This document shows, piece after piece, positions 23,701-31,800 of a stretch of 53,246 nt of DNA. The notes below the pieces were generated by a model that saw only the letters and a list, made by a program, of their open reading frames with translations, ran no database searches and had not been told where the DNA came from. Origin of the DNA: Tubiluchus corallicola (taxonomy: Eukaryota; Animalia; Priapulida). A program made the position numbers and the translations under genes. The DNA lies in assembly GCA_030141605.1 (NCBI GenBank), contig JAQGDQ010001235.1, positions 1 to 53,246 on the forward strand, given 5' to 3'. Position 1 is the first letter of the stretch, and each line of letters begins with the position of its first letter.

Positions 23701-24572
23701 TCTGACTAGTTATCTATTGATCTGCTGAGAAAGTACAGCGCCTATTTTTTGGGCATGGTAATCCATCTAAGAAGACATTGCTGCAAGAGTGAATACTACA
23801 CAAATATGAAAATTAGGCTGTCATGACAATATATTAATAATTCTCTAAAACAAATAACCCTATGAAAACAATACCCTCAGCATCAATAGGCACAAAGGTA
23901 TCTTACGCCGCAGGACAATTCGACCGTTACAGCGAAACACATACTGTTTACTTTTTAGCATAGTAAGCAAGTAATTTTTTTATTTTTCTCCATAAATTTA
24001 CATTAATTTAACAATAAAATATACAAAAATACAAATGAACATGGGAGAAATGGTGGCGAAAAACCACTTGTTAGCGAGTCAACCACCATTCTCAGAAAGA
24101 CAAGTAAACAAAAAGATGCTAATGACAGCAGAACACAACTATTAAAAAAAACATAAACGTCCATAAATACAAAAAAACAAATACAACAACAGCAAAAAAC
24201 GAAAACCAAAAACCATCGTTCCTAAATATAATCAAACATTAAACATAATTATATATGGTCCAAAACACAAAATCAGATCAAAGAGAATATTTTAATGTTC
24301 AGAAAAACAACAGTTGCAAGGTAAAATTTAACTTGAATCATGGTTATCAGATATGCATAGCTAAACATTGTGGGAAGAAAAACAAATCAGTAACTTTAAG
24401 AGAGGTAATAGTTATCAACTGTTTGTTTTATGGAAGTTATAACATATATCTATAAAGAGACTGATTACAATTAACACTTTACCTCTACATTGAACTCCAG
24501 TTCTGCATCCATAGTTGTAATTCGAACTGGAAATGACTTCACTTGCTTTTTCTTTGAGAAAGGAGCCATCAT
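623..24572 (-). CDS. NF2: Merlin / neurofibromin-2 (FERM-domain ERM-family protein), 5' part of the gene; 7 coding exons, 3' end beyond the window
   Basis: Exons 24572-24483, 20875-20747, 18931-18725, 4553-4429, 3681-3576, 2232-2023 and 736-623 all have GT/AG ends and join in frame (327 codons). The product is [27 protein letters not shown]...[20 protein letters not shown]...[10 protein letters not shown]...[33 protein letters not shown]. The Blue Box YQMTPEM and the [11 protein letters not shown] motif mark Merlin rather than moesin/ezrin/radixin. Confidence 0.95.
1142..1180 (-). ncRNA. Minimal type-I hammerhead ribozyme motif, of the kind found in Penelope-like retroelement termini
   Basis: Minus strand reads CCA-CTGATGA-T-GAC(agcagcagcta)GTC-GAAAC-GT-T-TGG: intact catalytic core boxes, stem II GAC/GTC, palindromic ACGT stem III, stem I CCA/TGG. 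Confidence 0.7.
1284..2088 (-). repeat. Tandem array, 6 x ~136 bp, made of the 3' end of Merlin exon 6 plus its donor site and the start of the intron
   Basis: The marker ccagcaatctca recurs at 1284, 1419, 1555, 1690, 1826 and 1962; each unit keeps AAACTG|GTGAGTGGGG on the minus strand. Confidence 0.95.
2023..2232 (-). CDS. NF2: Merlin coding exon 6 ([46 protein letters not shown]...SKLRTNKL)
   Basis: TTCCACAG acceptor, CTG|GTGAGT donor, 210 nt; FERM F3 motif [11 protein letters not shown]. Confidence 0.93.
2677..3022. mobile_element. Tc1/mariner (pogo/Tigger-like) MITE
   Basis: 24-bp TIRs CAGTCGACCCTCGTTAAACCGGAC / GTCCGGTTTAACGAGGGTTGACTG (1 mismatch), TA on both sides. Confidence 0.88.
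3576..3681 (-). CDS. NF2: Merlin coding exon 5 ([35 protein letters not shown])
   Basis: TTTGCAG acceptor, GCG|GTATG donor; completes the split Trp codon; LEMYGVNYF motif. Confidence 0.92.
3740..4418. mobile_element. Non-autonomous DNA transposon with TTAA flanks and AG termini (Kolobok-like); second copy at 26686-27344
   Basis: TTAA-AGCACAAGAAA ... TTTCTTGT(A)CT-TTAA; ~680-bp colinear similarity between the two sites. Confidence 0.7.
4429..4553 (-). CDS. NF2: Merlin coding exon 4, containing the Blue Box ([42 protein letters not shown])
   Basis: GTTTTAG acceptor, TG|GTAAG donor (phase 2); not in the ORF track, read by hand. Confidence 0.93.
4752..5288. mobile_element. Non-autonomous DNA transposon, TIR AGGAAAACCGGA, TTAA-type flank (Kolobok-like); second copy at 41252-41771
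   Basis: TTAA-AGGAAAACCGGA ... TCCGGTTTTCCT-TTAC; ~520-bp colinear match to 41252-41771. Confidence 0.72.
5567..5725. repeat. Pentanucleotide microsatellite (TATAT)n/(TACAT)n
   Basis: Seen directly. Confidence 0.95.
5741..6655 (-). pseudogene. 3'-truncated ionotropic receptor paralogue, copy A
   Basis: ATG (MVFRQ) at 6655, matching the start of copy C; aligns to ...GDFAATS, then runs into AT-rich microsatellite flank (TLIYIF*); 304 codons. Confidence 0.75.
7996..9435 (-). CDS. Intronless divergent ionotropic receptor, copy B, 479 aa, with an 11-aa internal duplication
   Basis: Same architecture as copy D and colinear over its length; exact 33-nt duplication at 8662-8727 ([11 protein letters not shown] twice). 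Confidence 0.85.
   Translation of the reverse strand: MISRQTLLFLVCIITFQFLDIFCISECKIKLDKKRKIISIKHLRNQKDGIQKEYVAFYENIQDAQDYSFQGAQLAVGIWDDDPTAQFTIDVVKLLSNALNFSFNIKTIEALETPETVAEKAEVDIFGLVTILRERTDYMTFLHPVTYSPQVFVTKRNKLHGFNLTDPFSTPVWLLLITFGLLAGPIIYCFDCQTKTICNENDFSQINSRPTKTGITYYIQYILASFLQQGGTYLPQRWAAQVITGCWRWAAQVITGCWWLFVIILTAMYTGTLVSKLFVSHQYHVFSTLQELVDSNIVPVTIGDFAATSILKNSQPDTDYSKLWKKMETDKNVPADDVATALRLTATGRYTYFCDGINAKLDLIHDFKLHGKCRFSIAPVTTLPLHMSFAVPRESNFTEALNHGIATLLQSDMIAGKLENMLHLSEQCLDTPIQTVEAEAIPVEQLSAVFWVILFGMSIALFTFIIESLYYRVKHYTNP
10189..11127 (-). pseudogene. 3'-truncated ionotropic receptor paralogue, copy C (S1-M1-pore-M3, lacks most of S2 and M4)
   Basis: 312-aa open ORF that aligns with copies B/D up to ...ILKNSQP, then switches to unrelated AT-rich sequence and stops. 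Confidence 0.75.
12160..13566 (-). CDS. Intronless divergent ionotropic receptor (IR / iGluR-like ligand-gated channel), copy D, 468 aa, apparently intact
   Basis: N-terminal hydrophobic signal-like stretch; S1 lobe (IDVVKLL...[15 protein letters not shown]); M1 ([10 protein letters not shown]); pore loop (SFLQQGG); M3 ([20 protein letters not shown], analogue of SYTANLAAF); S2 (TLQELV...GRYTYF...C...FAVPRES); M4. No amino-terminal domain. Confidence 0.88.
   Translation of the reverse strand: MISRQILFFLACIITFQFLDIFCISECKIKLDKKRKIISIKRLRNQKDGIQKEYVAFYENKQDAQDYSLQGAQLALGIWDDDPTTHFIIDVVKLLGKALNFSFNIKAIEALEIPETVAEKSEVDIFGLVTILRERMKYMTFLHPVAYSPQVFVTKRNKLQGFNLTDPFSTPVWLLLITFGLLAGPIIYCFDYQTKRICNENDFSQINSRPTKTGITYYIQYTLASFLQQGGTYLPQRLAAQVITGCWWLFVIILTAMYTGTLVSKLFVSHQDHVFATLQELVDSDIVPVTIGDFAATSILKNSPPDTDYSKLWKKMEIDKNVPVDDVATALDLTATGRYTYFRNGIYAMLDLVHDFKLHGKCRFSIAPVTTLPLQMSFAVPRESNFTEALNHGIATLLQSDMIAGKLENILHLSQQCLDTPIQTVEAEAIPVEQLSAVFWAILFGMSIALLTFIIESLYYRVKHFTNP
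14154..14599. mobile_element. piggyBac-like non-autonomous element
   Basis: TTAA-CACTTTCAATCCC ... GGGTATGAAAGGG-TTAA; internal near-palindromes TATTCCACGGGATA and TATCCCATGGGATA; an isolated right end also at ~9853-9876. Confidence 0.65.
14967..17345 (+). mobile_element. Three head-to-tail copies of a ~720-870-bp non-autonomous Helitron (14967-15833, 15834-16551, 16552-17345)
   Basis: 5' TC start, 3' hairpin CGCAAAATTTTTTGCG about 10 nt before a terminal CTAG, CTAG|TC junctions, inserted between A and T, no TSD or TIR. Confidence 0.85.
17693..17783. repeat. (TAAG)n microsatellite, possibly a retroposon tail on the minus strand
   Basis: Seen directly; adjacent TTTATTTAT reads AATAAA on the minus strand. 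Confidence 0.9.
18725..18931 (-). CDS. NF2: Merlin coding exon 3 ([24 protein letters not shown]...[13 protein letters not shown])
   Basis: TTTTACAG acceptor, AAG|GTTGG donor, 207 nt; overlaps ORF 18680..18904. Confidence 0.93.
19477..19796. repeat. Compound pentanucleotide microsatellite (AATAT)n(AATAC)n
   Basis: Seen directly; source of the three YCIVL ORFs. Confidence 0.97.
20560..20703. repeat. (AAT)n/(AAC)n trinucleotide microsatellite
   Basis: Seen directly. Confidence 0.9.
20747..20875 (-). CDS. NF2: Merlin coding exon 2 ([43 protein letters not shown])
   Basis: TTTAG acceptor, AAG|GTAGT donor, 129 nt, phase 0/0. Confidence 0.93.
21955..22527. mobile_element. Tc1/mariner-superfamily (Tc2-like) MITE
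   Basis: TIRs CCGTATATACTCGCATATAAGCC / GGCTTATATGCGAGCATATACGG, TA flanks, subterminal ATATAAGCCGAC repeats. Confidence 0.88.
24483..24572 (-). CDS. NF2: Merlin coding exon 1 ([30 protein letters not shown])
   Basis: ATG ATG start (24572 or 24569); GAG|GTAAA donor; FERM F1 start motif TMDAELEF. Confidence 0.9.
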
Positions 24573-26685
24573 CAAATTTAGTTATAAAAATAAAAGCACT
24601 AACTAAGTTTCAGTGGTACAGTCATAGTGAGCTAAATGTAGAACATTGTTGACCGTCTTTGTAGAACATTGTTGACACGGCCTTGGTCATGTTGATGCTA
24701 CTCCAGCAGTTACAGGCCTGATTCACCGACTATAACGCAATGCACTGATATCAGAGTTATGCTTCAAGTACTAACCACCCGTTACTAATTCATGGTTATG
24801 GTTCACTAATGTCATAAATGATAGAGGCCTACTCGCCATCACACTGCGATTGTGTACAGTTTTTATTCTCAAGTAAAACGGTACACAAGAATAATAACGG
24901 TATGTTCTAATTAACAAAATGTTTCCTTGACTTCAGAAGGCAATACAGCTAGTCACTATGCTGGGCATATGTACCCTTCTGCTGGCCTTAATTGAAAACG
25001 CGTTATTCTTTAACTTTTGATAGTAACTGAATTATGAATAATATCAATGCTTGCGATCCTTTATTCTGTACATAACTGTCCACGCCTACGGTGAATTTCG
25101 TTCCACAATCCACGAATCACACTGTACAGTCATTTCACAAAAATTTTATAAAATACTATGTACAAAAATATATTTATTATTCGCGATATTTAACATATCA
25201 CGATCGCTAATCAAAGCACAAATACAGCAGGGAATTCGTCATCGATTTATGGAAAAATTTCGTAGCAATTTCTTGCGACAGCTTTGTTGTGGCGGTGCTC
25301 GTACAACGTGTCTCTCCTGACTTATCCGAGTTATTAATCGTGTTCTACAAACGACCAGCAGTTATCATTTATGGTTTTATATTGAAATATATTGGAAGAA
25401 AACCAAAAAAATCGAGAGAAAAATGTGTATATGGGATTGAAATAAACAGATAAAGAAGAGCTTCCTCTCTAATTAAAAATAAAAAGAAAGCTACATTATT
25501 ACAGAAATAATATACCGAGAAAGAATATACTGATAAAAATTTGTTGGGTGAGTTTCGAAAATTAATTTCTCCGAACCCGGCTATACATTTAAATCCAATG
25601 GTATGTAACGGACATTACGTAATGAATATGCAGTTGAAGGTTTCTCTATTTGTTGTAGTTTGCTAGCCGCATGGATTACCTACGTAAATCCAGTATTTTA
25701 GCCATAACTGATCGAAACATTTTCCAAATAACAGATACATTCCTGTTCTTAGCGTTTTGTTTTAATCTAATAATGTTCTGAGTGTGAAAAGCTTTTGTGA
25801 AAAAGTGATCTAACGTATCTCTGTCGTTACATACCCAATTGCAAATTACTAATGTCACTATATAATATGCCACTATCTCTTTTTGTAAGAACCTTTTAAA
25901 ATAATTTGCTAGCAAAATATGTAGCAAAATTTTCCTTTCTATCAGTTATTTACAGAGCTTATGTCATTTGATACTGACTATTATTGGAAATAATAAAAAA
26001 GAATCTGAATCCAACAGCAAAAGTTACAATCTCTTAATAATCTATTTGCCAGTTCGCTTTTAGATCGTCTGCCTTTATTCATAAATTTGATTATTATCTT
26101 TTTCTGTTTATTAGGTGTACTACTATAAAATCTCAATAGTATAAATGATATAATATATTATATTGTTGCTTTTCTGAGTTTAGCCGTGTTCCGCGTTTAA
26201 ATTTTCACTCGCTCAAGGACACAAAATATGCGCCCTGTATGTTATATTGGTCACTTTAAAGTAAAAATACCCATTTAAGTCATAGAGAAATAATATTATA
26301 CCTGCATAGAATTCACAAATCCTATTTTCTGATTGGCTCAAATTTATATACTTACCTCTTTTACATGTACAAAATTTATAAATACAAGTGCAGCTTTCTC
26401 ATTCCTTGAATTCAGTGGTTGCTGGTGACAGTTTGAGTGCCAAACAGGACAAGACTGCATCTGCTCTTCCAGGGCTTATCATTAATCTGTTTCATGCACT
26501 AATGCGAGAGTGTAACAGCTCCTCAATGGTCAATTACTCTTTGTGTTTTGTGACTAGTCCGCTATTCAAGTTTAATCATAAAACTTCATTCAGATATAGA
26601 AGTTAGCAGTTTATTAGTTTCAAGTTTACTCATTTATTCAGCAATTAGTAAGTCAATTGGTTAGGCCTCATGTCACTCTTTTAAA

Positions 26686-27344
26686 AGCACAAGAAAACAC
26701 TCCCCCTTACATAAAGCTTTAAAAAATCATCTTGAAATTTTATACCACTAACACACTGCCTTTTTGCACACAGAGCTTTGATCGGCAATAACACTGTATA
26801 AAGCATGTAAATTTAAACTCCCTTGATGACTGTTAGATGCAGCCATTCTGGCGATAAGTCATTTGAAACAAGTTTAGATAACCCCGAATAAGGTTTGAAA
26901 AAATAATCACAGCATTCATAATGCACAAGAGACTAAAAATACGTTTTTGGCTAATGAGCGGTGCACCCTAGAAGTGAGTCAACAATATGTGACCAATTGG
27001 TGAAAACACTTTAAATGATTAAAAATTTTCTTTTCTAGTTACCTAAATCTTTTCAGCAGGTAAGCAAAATGTTTTATAATATAAATTTGCATGGAAAGTT
27101 TAATTCTCTGGGGCATAGTTTAACATTTCCTTTCCTTACCCTGATTTAGGTTGTACATATATGACACCATGTAATGGCACGGTCATAACAGTATTAATTG
27201 CGGGAGATTTCAAATGAAAACAAACAAGAAATCCTTTCAACGCGAGTACGATATACACAATTAAGCATAAAATAGCTGTAAAGTAGTATAATTTTTTAAG
27301 GCGGTTTTTTTGAAACCTACTTCAGGTACCTCTTTTCTTGTACT
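26686..27344. mobile_element. Second copy of the 3740-4418 TTAA-flanked element
   Basis: Colinear match; same terminal inverted motif. Confidence 0.7.
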
Positions 27345-27689
27345 TTAAATACTTTCATTTTACTTGTTGTTTTTACAGTTACAATTGCACAGTTTATTAA
27401 GAACTATTATTATGACAATTTCAGTACATTGTACTCAAGTGCATCTTGTGCTGCCATTGAAGTCCGCGAGTTACGAATGCTCCAGAAGAAAAATTTATAT
27501 AGATTATTTTTTTACCTTTGTTGTTTTTTATAACTTGTGGTGCAAAATGATGTGAGCTACACAGTTTCGTATCTAAGACATTGTATTGATTTGAATTAGT
27601 GACGACTTGTTTTCTTGTTCAATAATAAGGCATTTAGGGTGAGTTTTAAATAAATTTAAATTTTATGAATTTTAGCTTGCGGATTGTTT

Positions 27690-27830
27690 TGATATGAGAA
27701 ACAGTTCCGGTTCGCGGAGTGATAGTAAATCCCGGTAAGTTACGGTTGTGTTCGGAGTTCGGGCATACGTAAAGGAGCAGCCATTTTGGAGGATTGTTTG
27801 CTGTGTCGTTTTTTCAGTGGAGATTGTAGG
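27690..27830 (+). promoter_or_regulatory. Probable core promoter / 5' end of SRCAP
   Basis: Local CpG/GC enrichment against an AT-rich background and a YY1-like GCCATTTT at 27780, about 0.8 kb upstream of the first coding exon's acceptor. Inferred; no transcript data. Confidence 0.35.
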
Positions 27831-28620
27831 AGAAAGAAATCTTATATTTCATGATTTTTGAAAATAGTTTATAGCAGTTGTATATAACTGGAACTTTGTA
27901 TATTGCAATATTAACGAAAATTTTCTTGAAACGGGTAATCAAGTGAGTGATTTTAATGGATTTTAAAATGATAACGTTTAGTTTTCTACCGCTGTTGCTC
28001 TTCAAACTCTAGCACGTATTGGAGACTTTGATGGTAGGTAACTTTAACAACATCAATGAAAAATTGCAATTCAACACCAATTTCTATGAGCGTAGTACCA
28101 AATTGTAATTCTTGTTTATAGTAGAGTGGCTGCTCAAAATTTAGTGCATTCCAATTTTGAGAATATTGCAAAAAACTTGTTTTTGCGTTTAGATTGTTTT
28201 TCTCTGTATTTACGAGCCGCACAGTTTATTCTATGGTTTTGCTTGTTTTTATTAAAAGTAATAATGTTAAGTATTAAGTTTGCTTAAGAAAATTTACTCT
28301 AGTGTTAACAAAACATGTTAAAAAGCAACTGTCAGGAAATCATTAAAAGCAAGGTAAAACAGCACTGTATTTTATTATGGCACAGATCTTGCAAGAAAAA
28401 CAAGTACAAACTACCAGTAATAGTATAGACAATTTTGAACCGAAATGATCTTCACAAGAAATCGCTTTTCGTAATAATTTCAACAGTAAGAAACCAATAA
28501 TGTGGAAAGAATGAGATGTATAGCGAAACATATGATTGGGTATCTTGACACAATATAGTAAAAAGTCGTTTTTATTACCTGTCAAATCAATAAATTTATT
28601 TTACAGCGCATGCCAATATA

Positions 28621-28866
28621 ATGCAACACGGTAGCACAGAAGCCAACGTTATAGCGGGAAGTGGTGACGTCGTCATGACAACGGCTACTCAGCAGCAGCA
28701 TTACGTGGTGCACACCGGAGCAAAGCAGGCTGGCGACGGTGCACAGTTGAGTGCACCTACATTTGTACTTACATCTCCTCAACCAATGGTTGGTCATCTA
28801 ATGCAGAATCAAGCTCAGCCAACTACGTTGATTCAAGTGTCATCGTCTTCTAATTTGCTTGGTCAG
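28621..28866 (+). CDS. SRCAP: SRCAP/domino first coding exon ([10 protein letters not shown]...LLGQ)
   Basis: Acceptor ttttacag at 28606, ATG at 28621, CAG|GTTAG donor. Low-complexity N-terminus, so supported mainly by splice sites and phase. Confidence 0.65.
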
Positions 28867-31800
28867 GTTAGTGGACAAGTGTTGTTATTACCATACTTAG
28901 CTTTAAGTGCAATAAGTGTTGCAGTGCTCATACGTAGCTAGTTGGTTACTTGCTTAGTGGAAATTGGCTTTACGGCAAGTCACCGCTTAACGACTCTCTG
29001 CTTGTTACTTCGTTTCGTTTTAACGACATAGCAAGTAGCTGAACGTTGTTTCATTTAGCGACGCATTTTACTGGACGACTTAGTAAGTAGCTGAACGTTG
29101 TTTCATTTAGCGGCGTGTTTTACTGGAAGACTTAGCAAGTAGCTGAACGTTGTCTCATTTAGCGACGCATTTTACTGGAAGACTTAGCAAGTAGCTAAAC
29201 GTTGTCTTATTTAGTGACGCATTTTACTGAACGACTTAGCAAGTAGCTGAATGTTGTCTTATTTAGTGACGCATTTTACTGAACGACTTAGCAGGTAGCT
29301 TAACGTTGTCTTATTTAGTGACGCATTTTACTGAACGACTTAGCAGGTAGCTTAACGTTGTCTTATTTAGTGACGCATTTTACTGGACGACTTAGCAAGT
29401 AGCTTAATGTTGTCTTATTTAGTGACGCATTTTACTGGACGACTTAGCAAGTAGCTTAATGTTGTCTTATTTAGTGACGCATTTTACTGGAAGACTTAGC
29501 AAGTAGCTAAACGTTGTCTTATTTAGTGACGCATTTTACTGGACGACTTAGCAAGTAGCTGAACGTTGTTTCATTTAGCGACGCATTTTACTGGACGACT
29601 TAGTAAGTAGCTGAACGTTGTCTTATTTAGTGACGCATTTTACTGGACGACTTAGCAAGTAGCTTAATGTTGTCTTATTTAGTGACGCATTTTACTGGAC
29701 GACTTAGCAAGTAGCTTAATGTTGTCTTATTTAGTGACGCATTTTACTGGACGACTTAGCAAGTAGCTTAACGTTGTCTTATTTAGTGACGCATTTTACT
29801 GAACGACTTAGCAGGTAGCTTAACGTTGTCTTATTTAGTGACGCATTTTACTGAACGACTTAGCAAGTAGGTGAACGTTGTCTTATTTAGTGACGCATTT
29901 TACTGGACGACTTAGCAAGTAGCTTAATGTTGTCTTATTTAGTGACGCATTTTACTGGACGACTTAGCAAGTAGCTTAATGTTGTCTTATTTAGTGACGC
30001 ATTTTACTGGACGACTTAGCAAGTAGCTTAATGTTGTCTTATTTAGTGACGCATTTTACTGGACGACTTAGCAAGTAGCTTAACGTTGTCTTATTTAGTG
30101 ACGCATTTTACTGAACGACTTAGCAGGTAGCTTAACGTTGTCTTATTTAGTGACGCATTTTACTGAACGACTTAGCAAGTAGGTGAACGTTGTCTTATTT
30201 AGTGACGCATTTTACTGAACGACTTAGCAAGTAGGTGAACGTTGTCTTATTTAGTGACGCATTTTACTGAACAACTTAGCAAGTAGGTGAACGTTGTCTC
30301 ATTTAACGGCGCATTTTACTGAACGACTTAGCATGTAGCTGAACGTTGTTTCATTTAGCAACGCATTTTACTGAAATGCTTTAGCGTCATTAAGTGAGGA
30401 CTTACTGTATCATGCTTCACAGTTAGTTTTATCATAAGATTACCGTTTAACATATTACGAAATTAAATTGCACATTTTTTCACATATTGGATGTTGGAAG
30501 GATTGGTGGAAAAATGCAACTAATTTTCCGTTATTGGCTGTTGTAGAAAAATACTCGCCTTTCAGCACCATGTTGTTAAGTGGACAGAGTGTTTTTGACT
30601 GCAAGCAATATTGTGAGAGCGCATTGGCTACTTTTGAAATCTCAGTCCATACCAAACTGAAAATCTACCATTACATTATTTGCCAAATAATTTGATTAAT
30701 AAATTGCAAAGTCAAAAATATTCAACTTTTTTATCCAGTTGCTTATTATACATTTTAGCTTTGATCTGTGTTCTGATAACTCTTAATGGTGTTGCAACGA
30801 TACTGCAGTACTATATAACTGAACTATTCTAACTTGCAATATTATCGCGATAGAAAAGTTGCCCGCCGTAATAACAAATAAATTATAATTAATTTAATAA
30901 ATATGTATAATTATTATTTTAAAAAGAAACAACTTAGTTAAACAACAAACACCTTTATTGTTATTTAATCACCTGCATTATTTTCCGCAGTAATCTTAAT
31001 AAAACGTGACTATGCTCAACAGGTTACTGAACACTTTATAATCATGATCACAGTTTTTCTTAGTTCTCGCTCCATTTCATCTTTCATTCATTACTCCCCC
31101 ACATCATGGTTTTTCTTAGTTCTCGCTCCATTTCATCTTTCATTCATTACTCCCCCCACATCATGGTTTTTCTTAGTTCTCGTTCCATTTCGTCTTTCAT
31201 TCACTACTCCCCCACATTTATGTATATTTTATCATTATTTCAATTATTAATCATTTCTTTAAGATTTCCACGTACAGTTTGGCCTGTCAAGCTATGCTTT
31301 TAGGCTCAAACTGTATGCATCAAAATCATTCTGTAATGTAATTTGCACATGTATATGCTGCATAAGAATCTCTTGTAATTTCTGGATTATATTACATTTA
31401 TATTTATATTTACTTCAGTGAAATTATCTGTATTTTTATTGTAACTGTAAGATGCAGAGTGGAAATAAATAAACTTAAACTTTAAATTTTAATAAAAAGA
31501 CTTTATTTTCTATGTTACACTGTTTAGGTGCAGCAGAGAACAGGTGCACCGGGATTACTTAATTTAGCAATGCCCGCACGCACATCAGACATTGTTCTCT
31601 TGCACAATGTGAGCCAGTCTAGTGTGACTGCAGCAAATATACAGGTTAGTAAAGTAATGAATTTTGCACTTCATGTAGAGCGGCATGTTCACACATGAAC
31701 ACCAAGGTGAGAATGACTGCATTGAGTCTTATCCTTGAAAAGTTAAATGTTAGAATGAAATCCTGTTTGCACGTTCATTGGCATTCTGGTTTGATCATGT

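Noticed and set aside
623-24572. Moesin/ezrin/radixin instead of Merlin
   Set aside because: The Blue Box YQMTPEM, the N-terminal extension before the FERM domain and [11 protein letters not shown] favour Merlin.
29020-30375. Possible CRISPR array (also considered for 44088-45040 and 37752-38620)
   Set aside because: Units are contiguous near-identical repeats with no unique spacers, the DNA is eukaryotic, and there are no cas genes.
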